Shown in pieces: positions 37,609 to 48,590 of a stretch of 64,000 nt of DNA. Each line of letters begins with the position of its first letter. The first letter of the stretch is position 1. The translations under genes and the position numbers were made by a program. Source of the DNA: a virus; IMG/VR virus record IMGVR_UViG_3300034284_001491, positions 1-64,000 of that record; one strand, given 5' to 3'. The notes under the pieces were generated by a model. That model saw nothing but the letters and a program-made list of their open reading frames with translations, was not told where the DNA came from and did not search any database.

Positions 37609-40600
37609 AGATAAAAATACTGGACAAAATCTAAATATAGAATCGGCTGTATTTAATAAAGGAATGATGATGGACTTTGATGATCTCATTGTCCCAGAAG
37701 GTGTTTGGATTAGAGCCAGAAATGCAGTTAATAATTCCCAAAATGGGAACATAGGTGTTATTGGAAATGAACCTTCTAATGTTGAATGTTTAACAGTAAA
37801 CTATGACGTTATCGGTTTAATATATATTTCAGATGGTACATGGGTTATATTTTTAACTAATGATATAGCATCTGAAATTGGTATATATAGAGAAGATGGT
37901 TGTTCTTATACAAGATTATATAAAGAACTATCAAATACTTGTTTAAATTTTAAAAGAACAAATTTAATAACAGGGATATCAAGAGAAAAGGTTGATTGTA
38001 CTCGACAAATATATTTTGCTGATGGTTTAAATCCAGATAGATCTTTTGCAATTAAACAAGATTATTCTGGTATAGTAGATGATTATTATCAAGAAACCAT
38101 AACTAATGTTCAAACTGGAGAAGATCCTGATGAAGATTGTGAAATTGTTCAATATAATTTTAATCAATTAGATTGTGATAAGATTCGTTTAAATCCTTTA
38201 ATGAATCCACCATGTGTTAAATTAAAAAGAGCTACATATTCTGGTTCATTATTAAATGGAACATATCAAGTATTTATTGCGTATACAATTGATGGTCAAA
38301 GAGTAACGGATTATATAGGAAAAAGTAATCCACAATCACTATATAAACATGAAAATGCTAATTCTTCTTTAGAAGTTATTATTGAATCTATAGACGAAAG
38401 ATTTGATGAATTTGAATTAGTGGTTGTAAGTTTTTATAATGGTCAGACCCAAGCTAAAAAAATGGGTATATATAGTACTCAAGTTGGTAGTATATTTATA
38501 GATATTATAAGTAATGAATTATCTAATATTCCTACAGGATTATTACCATTAGTATCCACTATTTATGAAAAATCAGAGGCTATTTATAAAAATAATAATT
38601 ACGCATTAAGAGTTGCACCGACATCTAAATTTGATTTTAATTATCAACCTTTAGCTAATTTAATTGAAACCGAATGGTTTGCTGCTGCATACCCAGAAGA
38701 TTATTATTATAAAGGAGGAAATAAAGCTACATATCTAAGAGATGAAATTTATTCATTTTTTATAAGATGGGTATATGCTGATGGTCAAAAATCACCATCA
38801 TTTCATATTCCTGGTAGAGCAAAAAATACATTTGATTCTCAAATTATTGGACCATTACAATTAGCATTTTTAAATGATACTCCTGAAGAAATAGATAATC
38901 AAAGATGGAGATATGAAAATACTGCAACAAGAACTTCACCATCTCTTCCAAATCCTATTAATTATATTACAGGTCTAGGAATTAATACAGATGATGGAGG
39001 TGTTATAGTAGCAAAAGGAAAAATGGGATATTGGGAATCTACAGAAGAATATCCTAATTATAAACCTGATATTTGGAATTCAAGTGCACATAATTGGACA
39101 GGTGTAAATACACCAAGTCCAGAATATGATTTGTGTGGTCAAAGAATTAGACATCATAAATTTCCTGATACAGATATTATTCCACATTTTGCATCTGAAA
39201 ATGATACTATTGCACAACTACCACTACCTAATTTTAATAATGCAAATTGTAATGCTTCATATGAAGTATTACCTAATACTATTTTAGGATTCACTAATTA
39301 CTCAAATACAAAAATTATATTATTAGGTGTAAATTTTAATAATATTAAACCACCAGTTGATAATAATGGAAATCTTATACCTGGTATCATTGGATATGAA
39401 ATATTAAGAGGAAATAGATTAGGTAATAAAACTATACTTGCAAAAGGTGTTGTCACTAATTTACGAGAATATAATTTACCAGAATATATTGATTCTAATA
39501 TTCAAAGTCAATATAAACAGAAAGGATTATTTTTAAATTATCCATTTAATGATTTAAGAAAAGATGAACTTTTATCTACAATTAAAGTTGATGGTGGTGT
39601 AAATAATTCTTGTCGTACTAATGATTATCCTTTACTTGGACAAGATTCATCAACATTATTTTCAAATAAATTTATAGGTTTTCATTCTCCAGAAACAACA
39701 TTTTATAATTCATTCTTAGATATTGATGAAATTAAAATTACAGGAGAATTAAATGGAGTGGCAAATGGTAGATTTGTTGAAGTAAATAAACATCCTAAAC
39801 ATGCTTTACCTGCAGATATAGCATTTATATTATCATTATTCTTTGGATGGCTTACATCAAGAAATGCATTAGGATTAACTATACTTGGAATTGGTGGTGG
39901 TAATACACAATATTTAACTCAAGCAGGTTCAACACAAAGTGTAACTACAGATAATGATTTATTATCTGCTCCAATTGCAGGTGCAATTTCTAAACCTATT
40001 CAAAGAATATATTATACAATTATGTTTTCTCAGAGTTATCTGGATGCAATTATTAGTATTATGGCTGATAGACAGTATGCATTACAACATATAGCTCATT
40101 GTTACTATTCCAAGTATACACCTGGAATAAAGAAAACTAGAAAAATAAAAAATGCAAGTTATATAGGATCAAATAGACAACAAGTATCAGAAAAATATAT
40201 TATAAACAATATTTATAGAAATAGATTTCTTTGTATTGAAACAGAAAATAATTTTATTGAAAAACCTTTACTAACTGATACATCTAGATATTCAGTGGAT
40301 AAGGTTCTAGGAATAAATGATATAAGTTATGAAGATCCAACTAATAAAACTGTTAGTACAACATCATCATGTTTATATGCATCTTTAAAATTTAAATTAA
40401 GAAATATATATGGTCAATTAGATCAAATAAGACAATTACCAATATCTACTTGTATTCACACTATTAATCAAAATAATAGAAATGCTGTAAATTCTACAAA
40501 TTATACAATATTTGGAGGAGATAATTATATTGGTAGATACACTGAAAAAAATACTTTCTTTTTCTTTTATGATTGGTTAAGTGGACAACCAGATAGATTT

Positions 40601-42532
40601 GAATATGATTATAGAAAATATTCTATGATTCCATATCCAAGATATTGGATAAATACAGAAAAATATATTACATCAAAAGTAATTCAAGATTTAATTCCAG
40701 GACTCGGATGTGAAGAGGAAGGAGATGATAATGCACTTAATACTCTAACATATCAAGATAGATTTCCAAGCGATCAATCATCACTATCTAGAAAAAGAAA
40801 TGTAACTGGATTTAATTTAGAGGCTATTAGTGGTTTATTTTGTAATGGTGACGAAGTACTATTTAGAATAGATGGTTGGTTTTATTTATTTTATTCAGGA
40901 GTAAAAGATTTTTATGTAGAATCTGAAATTAATTTAGCTCAAAGAGATCATGATGATTTAATAGAAACAAGACATTATGATCATAAAGAATTCACTGATA
41001 TAAATCAAATGTTTAATTCTGATATAATTAAAGAATTAAACTATTATAAATATGATCAATCATTAAGTGTAGATAGATTTTATAATATCTACACCACTTT
41101 TTCTATAATTCAACCAAGATGGTATAATCCTATTGTTGCAGAATCATGTTATGTATATTCTCCAAAAAGAATTATATATTCTCTACCAATTAAAAAAGAA
41201 AATAGAATAGATTTTTGGAAATTTTATCTTGTTAATAATTATTATGAATTTAATTCTAAAATAACATCTGTTAGTCCAATATCTAAAAGTGGTGCTCTTG
41301 TTCATTTTAAAGATATTAGTCCTGTAGTATTTCAAGGAGTAGATGAATTAAAAACAGATCTTGGAACTAAACTTACAGTTGGAGATGGTGGATTATTTAG
41401 TCAACCATTACAAAATATTGTAAATACAGATGCACCATATGAATATGGTTCATGTCAAGATAGATATTCAATTATTAATACACCATTTGGAATATTTTGG
41501 ATCAGTCAAGATCAAGGTAAAATATTTAACTATGCTGGAAAACTTGATGAAATTTCTAATAAAGGAATGAGATGGTGGTTTAATAAATATCTTAAATATT
41601 TTTTATTAGAAGATTTTCCAAATTTTGAAGAAACCCAAAATCCAGTAATAGGTGTTGGGTGTCAAGCAATTTATGATAATAAGAATCAAATCATATATTT
41701 TACAAAACGTGATTTTAAACTTTTAACATCGGGTGTTTTAAGATATATAGGTAATGATGAATTTGAAACAATTGTAGGAAGATTACGAGTTAAACTAGGT
41801 GATCCGAGATTTTTTGAAGATGCTTCTTGGACAATATCTTATGATCCTAAAATGCAAATCTGGATATCATTTCATGATTGGCATCCTGAGTTAATGATTC
41901 CAGAAAGAAATACATTTACTACAATTAAAAATAAAGTATTCTATAAACACAATAATACATGTACAAGTTTCTGTAATTTTTATGGAGTAAATTATCCTTT
42001 TGAAATTGAAACAGCATTATCTACTGGGCAATCCGTGACTACAGCAAGAAATGTTGAGTATATGTTAGAATCATATAGATATACAAATAACTGTATAGAT
42101 AATCATCACTTACTTGATCATAACTTTGATAATATGATTATTTATAATAGTGAGCAAATTTCAGGTGTACTTAATTTAGTACCACATCCTAAAAATGATC
42201 CTATTACAATGATATCATATCCTATAATAAATCCCAATAGTATTGATGTTTTATATAGTAAAGAAGAAAATAAATATAGAGTAAATCAGTTTTGGGATAT
42301 TACTAGTGATAGAGGAGAATTTACTAGTAATACAAATATTTTATGGGAAACTGCAACTAATGGATATGCTAAAGCAATTAGACCAGGATCAGTGAATTAT
42401 GCTAAATCTCCATTAGAAAGAAAGAAATTTAGACATTATTCTACTAGAGTTATTCTAAGAAAAAATATCTCTAACAATATTAAGATGTTTTATAAATTGT
42501 TTAATCTTAAACAAGCACAGTCTTACCGATGA
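37598..42532 (+). CDS. Tail stabilisation/muzzle protein (1644 aa)
   Basis: F.KGM..D...ARNA N-terminus, YFADGLNP, YLRDEIYSF.I, WTISY..WISFHDW.P; size and position match crAss-like tail stabilisation proteins. Confidence 0.75.
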   Translation: MASKDKNTGQNLNIESAVFNKGMMMDFDDLIVPEGVWIRARNAVNNSQNGNIGVIGNEPSNVECLTVNYDVIGLIYISDGTWVIFLTNDIASEIGIYREDGCSYTRLYKELSNTCLNFKRTNLITGISREKVDCTRQIYFADGLNPDRSFAIKQDYSGIVDDYYQETITNVQTGEDPDEDCEIVQYNFNQLDCDKIRLNPLMNPPCVKLKRATYSGSLLNGTYQVFIAYTIDGQRVTDYIGKSNPQSLYKHENANSSLEVIIESIDERFDEFELVVVSFYNGQTQAKKMGIYSTQVGSIFIDIISNELSNIPTGLLPLVSTIYEKSEAIYKNNNYALRVAPTSKFDFNYQPLANLIETEWFAAAYPEDYYYKGGNKATYLRDEIYSFFIRWVYADGQKSPSFHIPGRAKNTFDSQIIGPLQLAFLNDTPEEIDNQRWRYENTATRTSPSLPNPINYITGLGINTDDGGVIVAKGKMGYWESTEEYPNYKPDIWNSSAHNWTGVNTPSPEYDLCGQRIRHHKFPDTDIIPHFASENDTIAQLPLPNFNNANCNASYEVLPNTILGFTNYSNTKIILLGVNFNNIKPPVDNNGNLIPGIIGYEILRGNRLGNKTILAKGVVTNLREYNLPEYIDSNIQSQYKQKGLFLNYPFNDLRKDELLSTIKVDGGVNNSCRTNDYPLLGQDSSTLFSNKFIGFHSPETTFYNSFLDIDEIKITGELNGVANGRFVEVNKHPKHALPADIAFILSLFFGWLTSRNALGLTILGIGGGNTQYLTQAGSTQSVTTDNDLLSAPIAGAISKPIQRIYYTIMFSQSYLDAIISIMADRQYALQHIAHCYYSKYTPGIKKTRKIKNASYIGSNRQQVSEKYIINNIYRNRFLCIETENNFIEKPLLTDTSRYSVDKVLGINDISYEDPTNKTVSTTSSCLYASLKFKLRNIYGQLDQIRQLPISTCIHTINQNNRNAVNSTNYTIFGGDNYIGRYTEKNTFFFFYDWLSGQPDRFEYDYRKYSMIPYPRYWINTEKYITSKVIQDLIPGLGCEEEGDDNALNTLTYQDRFPSDQSSLSRKRNVTGFNLEAISGLFCNGDEVLFRIDGWFYLFYSGVKDFYVESEINLAQRDHDDLIETRHYDHKEFTDINQMFNSDIIKELNYYKYDQSLSVDRFYNIYTTFSIIQPRWYNPIVAESCYVYSPKRIIYSLPIKKENRIDFWKFYLVNNYYEFNSKITSVSPISKSGALVHFKDISPVVFQGVDELKTDLGTKLTVGDGGLFSQPLQNIVNTDAPYEYGSCQDRYSIINTPFGIFWISQDQGKIFNYAGKLDEISNKGMRWWFNKYLKYFLLEDFPNFEETQNPVIGVGCQAIYDNKNQIIYFTKRDFKLLTSGVLRYIGNDEFETIVGRLRVKLGDPRFFEDASWTISYDPKMQIWISFHDWHPELMIPERNTFTTIKNKVFYKHNNTCTSFCNFYGVNYPFEIETALSTGQSVTTARNVEYMLESYRYTNNCIDNHHLLDHNFDNMIIYNSEQISGVLNLVPHPKNDPITMISYPIINPNSIDVLYSKEENKYRVNQFWDITSDRGEFTSNTNILWETATNGYAKAIRPGSVNYAKSPLERKKFRHYSTRVILRKNISNNIKMFYKLFNLKQAQSYR

Positions 42533-45500
42533 AAAAATCATTTAAAAAAAATACAAGAGAAGGATTACCAAACGGACCTAATGAAATAAAAACAACACAA
42601 TCTGGATTTATTATTTCAGAAAGAGGTCAATGGGATTTTCCAGGATTACCTACAATGATTCCTTCTAATAATATTACAATGAAGAATGTTCCATATCCTG
42701 TATTTGGATTTGATGATTTAGGATATAGTCAAATGATGTATCCTGGTATGGATTATAAATTTCCAGGAAATCAAGTGTATGAGTTACCTATAGCACAAGT
42801 TGGCAAGGAAAATAAAGTTCCTTCATATGAAGATTTATATAAAGAATATAATATTGTTCAATCTCAAGTAAATGATTATTTAAGAAATAATAAAGGACGA
42901 GAAGAAGAAAGAAATTATAGACTTAGATTAAATGATACAGCTAATAAACTTATAGAACAAGGAATAGATGTAAGAGAAGAAGGATATATTCCAGATCATA
43001 TAAAAAATAGTCCTGAATTTAGAGCTGATTGTATAAGTGGTACTTGTAGAATTTTAAATGAAATTGGAGAACCAACTAAATATTATAGCAACACTCTTTT
43101 GCAAGATGATGTAATTGCTGGAAAAGTTCCAGGAAGAACATTTGATTATAGTGTTAAAGGAATTGTTCCTGGGGATATTTTACAATTTAAATCAGATGAA
43201 AAAAGTTATCCGTTTCATGCTTATTTAATCCAAGATATTTCTGAACCGGATGCAAAAGGTAACAGAACAGTTAAAGTTGCTGGATCTTCAGGAAATGGAC
43301 CATTGAGAAATGAAATATATATATTAACCCCAGATAATAAAATTACAGATACATGGGGTAATCCAAGATACGTTCAAACTATAAGAAGAGAAAGATTTGA
43401 TAAAAATCCAGTACCTAATGATCTTTTAAAAAGAAGAGATGAATTAAAATCTAATTTAGAAAAATACTATCCTAATGCATTTAAAAATTTTGATGTAGAT
43501 ACTGATGCATTTAAACCAACAGCTTTTATAAGAAATAACAATAATAAATTAAATCTAGGTAATCCAGGATTCCCTTCAGAAACTATTAATTTAGATGAAT
43601 CTAAATTAGATGAAATATTAACTCAGTTTTCTGATCCAGATTTTAAAAGTAATTTTATGAAGCAACAAAAAGTCAGTAATGATGAGTATGATGCTATTGT
43701 AAAAAATGTAATTGGTATATATGGTGCAGAATCCAAATTTGGAACAGGATATGGTAGAGAGCCTTTATGGCTACAAAAATTTTTAGCAGGTCCAAAAGGA
43801 ATTCAATCAGTGGGACCTTTTCAGATTAATCCTAAAATGCTTAAAACAAAAAGATTTTCTAGAAATGATTTATTTGATCCTATTTTAGGTTCTGAAGCTG
43901 CTGCAATATTTCTTGCTGAAAATTTACCATTACTTAGAAATAGAGCTGGTTTAAAACCTGGAGATGATCACTATAGTGAAAATTTAAATAAAGATAACTA
44001 TTTAGAATATATTCCATATTTAATGAATCAACAAGGTTTATTATTAGGAGATAATTATACAGAGGAAGAAAAACCAGGAAGAATAGCAAGATTTTTTGGA
44101 GCTGACCCTACACCTACACCAGAAAATAAATTAACGGGTGATTCAGAATATAATCAAGCAGTAAAAAGATATATTGAAAATCTTGGTGTACAAGCAATTC
44201 CTGCTAGTATGTCTAATCCTGTTACAATATCTGATTATCAAGATGGTGGTATATTTAATCCCAATACAGATGAGTTTATTGGATTTGTTGATGAGTTGCC
44301 TAAAGCTCAAGATGGTGAAGAAACCAAAGCTAAACCCATAACTAATATTGATCTAGCACCTATTGAAATAACTGCTAAAAGAACAATTTGGGATAAATTA
44401 AAAGGATTTGCAAGACAATTCCCAGGAGTTGATTTTGATGAATATCAAAGATCTAAAGCATTACAAGAAAAATATCAAAATGCTTGGTTTCCTGAATCAC
44501 CTAAAAATTTACAATTTATAGAACAAAGAGCACTAGAAGATGGTAAAAGTGCTTATAGACCTAGTACACTACAATTTAATCCTATTACTGGTGAAATAAT
44601 GCCTGCTAGTGGAAGAATAGATCCTGATGATACTTTTGATTTAGCTTTATTACCTGCTAGTCTACCTTTTAAAGCTACAAGTAGATTAGGTAAAATAGGA
44701 TTAGGTGCTATTGAAATGGTAAATCCAATTAGTGGATTTCGTAATTTATTTCCAACTTATAAAAATATTTATAGAATAGAACCTACATCATGGTCTAAAG
44801 ATCCTACTGATGCTTTAAGTGGAAGATGGTTTGGTGAATTAGAGGAAATGCCTTTTTATGTAAAAAATTTAAAAGATAAAGATGCTGGTTATAGAATAAT
44901 GAGAAAAAAAGTAAGTGAAAAGAAGTGGAAAAAAATATCAGGTGAAAATATGCCAGATGAAGCAAAAAAAATGAGTATTGGTCCAGGAAAATATGGTACT
45001 TATGATAATGCTTCTAAATCTGGTGAATTATCTCAAGCACAAGCAAGAAGATTAACTCTTGGTGCACATATACCTTCTGATGTAGAACATGCTTCTTTAA
45101 ATAAAAATCTTATAAATTTAAATGAAGGAATTCTTCCAGAAGAAGTAGTTAGCAAAATTAGATTAGGAAATCCAAGAAAATTTTTATCTTCTTCTGGAAA
45201 AGTAGAATATCCTGCTGGAGAATTAGGAAAAGAAGGTGCAACAGATCATGTATTTCACTTATTATATCAGCAGTTTAAAAATCAAGGATATGAAAAACCA
45301 ATATTAGGAATTCCTAGAAAATACTTTCCATTTAAAAATGGAGGTTTATATAATTCATATATGTATCAGGTAGGTGGTCCTAAAGATGATGATGATAAAA
45401 AACGTGTGTTAGTAACTCCTAATGGATTAGTGGCCCCTACATTAAATACATTTGAAGTAATAGAAGAAAGAACACCATTACAAAAAATATATGATGAAGA

Positions 45501-48500
45501 ATTTCAAAAGAGACTAAATGCCGATAAAGCATTTCAAGAAAAATGGTATCCTGGTCAAGAATATGATCCCACTAATATAGAAAAAAGAGCTGTAATGGCA
45601 GCTAATGATAAAGTTTCTAAATATATAATAAATCAAAGAAATAAAGAAGGTAAGACAAGAAATAGTTATGCTAATAGACAAGAGTTTTTAAAAGCATTAA
45701 CTGATGAAGAAAAAAAATATATAGGGCAATCTAATTTAGCAGGTTATTTAGAACCCGATGCAGGTTCTAGATTTAGAGCAGCTTGGCATAATATAAATCA
45801 TTTAGGGCAAGGATTTTTAAACACCGATCCTGATTTAACACAAGAAGAAGCTAATAACATTAGTAGATGGAATGCATTTGCACCACTTGGTGTACCATTA
45901 AATGCATTAAGAGCTACTCTAACAGGAGATAATATTGGAGAAGCTTTTAAAGGAGAAACTTCTAGACCTTGGATGTCAGCAGATGAGCAACCATTAGCAA
46001 GTGGTATGGAATCAACTGTTCCATATTTAAATACAGTAGGAGATGTTGGAATGGATCCTCTTAATTTTTCAGGTATGGGTATTGGTCAAGGATTAAGTAA
46101 AGTATTAAATCCATTTAATAAATTCAAAAGATTAAATCCAAATATAACTTCTTCTGTAGATAATGTTGGTAAAGGTTTAACACAAGCATCTAAACGAGCT
46201 TGGCAAATGGAAGAACTTCCAGGATTACATTTAAAATCTACAATGGAAGGAGAAGCTATTTCTAAAATAGTAGAACCTAAAACAGGTTTAATAAATACAG
46301 AACAAGCATTAGCTATTATAGGTAAAGAATCAGGAGGTGCTGATAAAGTTGCTCTTATACGAAAAGGACTAGGAGATAAGATTCCTAAAAAGATGGACTT
46401 TAATGAGTTCAGAAAAATAACTCAAGAACAACTTATTCCTTTAGAAAGACAATTTAGTACACAAAGCAGTAATTATGGTATAGATAGAATTGGATATCCT
46501 GGTGCTACAGATGTAGAAGCAAATATTGATGGTACTTTTAATATTTTTGGAAATCCTACAAAATTTAAAACAAGAGAAGAGGCTGAAGAATTTTTAAAAT
46601 TACAATTACCATTAGAAAATCAAACTCTTATATTAGGAAACAAATCTAAATTTGGCAGAGGATCTCATGCTCATGGTAATCCAGAAGAAACTCTTGGTCA
46701 TGTTCACTTTTTAAGGGATGCTGAAACTCCTGATGTATTAACAGTAACACAAATACAATCTGATGCTTTTCAAGGTACATATAGAATAATGCCAAAAGAT
46801 TCTAAAAATTTAACTGCTTTAGAAAAACAACAAAAATCTTTAGCAAGAATGGAAGAATTACAAGAGCGTAACAAGGCTATTCTTAATAAAATGAAAACTG
46901 AAGGTGTTGATGAAGCAGGATTACCAGTTCTAGATTATCAAATAAGACAATTTGAAGATATAGTAAAAGCACAAGAAAACACTAACATATTTAAAAAAGC
47001 GGATATTGAAAACTTTACTCAAAAACAACTACTTGATAAAAACCATCAAGAAAGATACTTACAAGAACTTGTAGATTATGCAGGAAAAAGAGGTGATGTA
47101 AATAAGGTTAGAGTGCCTACAAGTGAAACTGCTGCTAAAGTTCAAGGGTACAATCCTATTCAAGAATCAACACTAGGTCCTGTAACAAAAAAACAACTTG
47201 ATGAATCATCTACATTTGAAGAATTTTTAACACTAAAGAAGGAACAAATAGGTAATTATAAATTAAATAATGAAGAATTAAACACATTTAAAAAAATATA
47301 CAATGATTATAAAGCTGGTAAGTTAGGAAAAGTGTATGATCCAGCTCATACAACTATTCTTAAAAAATATTCAGAGCAACCTAAAACTATTAAAAAATTA
47401 TTTGGTAAAGAACCTACAATAGTAACAGATAGTAAAGGTAATACATGGTATGAATTTGATATACCTGAAAAGTTTAAAAAAGGTAAAGGAGAAATTAAAG
47501 CTTTTGGACTAGCACCATATATAGGATTAGGAGGAGCAGGAGCATTAGGAGCAGGAGCATTACAACAAAATAACCAATCTAAAAAACAATCTAAAGGTGG
47601 AAATATATATGCTAATGGAGGATTAGTGAAAGCACAAATAGGTATACAAACGATGAGACCAGATGCAACATCTGTTAATATGAATTTACCTCAAATAGAT
47701 CTATCAAAAAAATTAAAATTAACTGAAGAAAATAAAAAACGTATACAAGAATTATTTCCAGATAAAAAACAAGCTTTGGAAGAATTAGAATCATTGTATT
47801 ATAATGCATATGAGGATTTTGGAAGTAGATTTAATAAATTAAATACTTGGCCTGAATTATCTGGTAAAACAATTAATCTAACAACAGATAGATATCGTGG
47901 TGCTAATATTCCTATTGAATATCTTAACATGTTAACTGATTCTGCTAAAAGATTTAAATTAGATCCTTATTTATTATATGCAATTGCTGGAAGAGAATCA
48001 ACATTCGGACAAGGTAAGAATAATGAAGGTAGAAATGTTTCTCCAATAAATCTTGTTTCAGGTTGGAATATAGATGAACCATATAGACCGTATTCATATG
48101 AAAGATTCTTAGCCGATAAGAATAGTCCCAATATAATAAAATCAAAAAGTAGTAGTGGACTTTTCTTTCATACTCCTGAAAAAGAAAATGAATTAAATGA
48201 ACTTAATAATTATATTATTGAAAATAATTTATTTGATGAATACAAAAATAAAATATCTAAATCTCCTAAACTTCAATACACTAATCCATTTGATTTAGTT
48301 TCAGAATTTATTGTTAATAAAGGAATTGAAAAATATAATCCAGGAGATCCAGATTATAAAAATAAAATCAATAAAGAAATTGAATTATTAAGAAGTGATC
48401 CTGAATTTACAAAATACTATAATAGTATGAATAAAAAATTTGGTGGTAGTCTAGAAAAATACCATAATCCAAATAAGTATGGAGGATCTATATATAAAAA

Positions 48501-48552
48501 TGGAGGAACGTATAATCCTAATACTGATGAGATAATAGGTTTTATAGACTGA
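42529..48552 (+). CDS. Multidomain putative cargo polyprotein (2007 aa): NlpC/P60-like domain, two lysozyme/SLT-like domains and other modules
   Basis: DCISG..PGDILQF..HAYL; GAESKFG..SVGPFQI..LFDP; LDPYLLYAIAGRESTFG; modules separated by xxxGG motifs. Confidence 0.7.
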   Translation: MKKSFKKNTREGLPNGPNEIKTTQSGFIISERGQWDFPGLPTMIPSNNITMKNVPYPVFGFDDLGYSQMMYPGMDYKFPGNQVYELPIAQVGKENKVPSYEDLYKEYNIVQSQVNDYLRNNKGREEERNYRLRLNDTANKLIEQGIDVREEGYIPDHIKNSPEFRADCISGTCRILNEIGEPTKYYSNTLLQDDVIAGKVPGRTFDYSVKGIVPGDILQFKSDEKSYPFHAYLIQDISEPDAKGNRTVKVAGSSGNGPLRNEIYILTPDNKITDTWGNPRYVQTIRRERFDKNPVPNDLLKRRDELKSNLEKYYPNAFKNFDVDTDAFKPTAFIRNNNNKLNLGNPGFPSETINLDESKLDEILTQFSDPDFKSNFMKQQKVSNDEYDAIVKNVIGIYGAESKFGTGYGREPLWLQKFLAGPKGIQSVGPFQINPKMLKTKRFSRNDLFDPILGSEAAAIFLAENLPLLRNRAGLKPGDDHYSENLNKDNYLEYIPYLMNQQGLLLGDNYTEEEKPGRIARFFGADPTPTPENKLTGDSEYNQAVKRYIENLGVQAIPASMSNPVTISDYQDGGIFNPNTDEFIGFVDELPKAQDGEETKAKPITNIDLAPIEITAKRTIWDKLKGFARQFPGVDFDEYQRSKALQEKYQNAWFPESPKNLQFIEQRALEDGKSAYRPSTLQFNPITGEIMPASGRIDPDDTFDLALLPASLPFKATSRLGKIGLGAIEMVNPISGFRNLFPTYKNIYRIEPTSWSKDPTDALSGRWFGELEEMPFYVKNLKDKDAGYRIMRKKVSEKKWKKISGENMPDEAKKMSIGPGKYGTYDNASKSGELSQAQARRLTLGAHIPSDVEHASLNKNLINLNEGILPEEVVSKIRLGNPRKFLSSSGKVEYPAGELGKEGATDHVFHLLYQQFKNQGYEKPILGIPRKYFPFKNGGLYNSYMYQVGGPKDDDDKKRVLVTPNGLVAPTLNTFEVIEERTPLQKIYDEEFQKRLNADKAFQEKWYPGQEYDPTNIEKRAVMAANDKVSKYIINQRNKEGKTRNSYANRQEFLKALTDEEKKYIGQSNLAGYLEPDAGSRFRAAWHNINHLGQGFLNTDPDLTQEEANNISRWNAFAPLGVPLNALRATLTGDNIGEAFKGETSRPWMSADEQPLASGMESTVPYLNTVGDVGMDPLNFSGMGIGQGLSKVLNPFNKFKRLNPNITSSVDNVGKGLTQASKRAWQMEELPGLHLKSTMEGEAISKIVEPKTGLINTEQALAIIGKESGGADKVALIRKGLGDKIPKKMDFNEFRKITQEQLIPLERQFSTQSSNYGIDRIGYPGATDVEANIDGTFNIFGNPTKFKTREEAEEFLKLQLPLENQTLILGNKSKFGRGSHAHGNPEETLGHVHFLRDAETPDVLTVTQIQSDAFQGTYRIMPKDSKNLTALEKQQKSLARMEELQERNKAILNKMKTEGVDEAGLPVLDYQIRQFEDIVKAQENTNIFKKADIENFTQKQLLDKNHQERYLQELVDYAGKRGDVNKVRVPTSETAAKVQGYNPIQESTLGPVTKKQLDESSTFEEFLTLKKEQIGNYKLNNEELNTFKKIYNDYKAGKLGKVYDPAHTTILKKYSEQPKTIKKLFGKEPTIVTDSKGNTWYEFDIPEKFKKGKGEIKAFGLAPYIGLGGAGALGAGALQQNNQSKKQSKGGNIYANGGLVKAQIGIQTMRPDATSVNMNLPQIDLSKKLKLTEENKKRIQELFPDKKQALEELESLYYNAYEDFGSRFNKLNTWPELSGKTINLTTDRYRGANIPIEYLNMLTDSAKRFKLDPYLLYAIAGRESTFGQGKNNEGRNVSPINLVSGWNIDEPYRPYSYERFLADKNSPNIIKSKSSSGLFFHTPEKENELNELNNYIIENNLFDEYKNKISKSPKLQYTNPFDLVSEFIVNKGIEKYNPGDPDYKNKINKEIELLRSDPEFTKYYNSMNKKFGGSLEKYHNPNKYGGSIYKNGGTYNPNTDEIIGFID

Positions 48553-48590
48553 GAAAATTTTTGTAAATTGTACAATTATACTATATAGTA

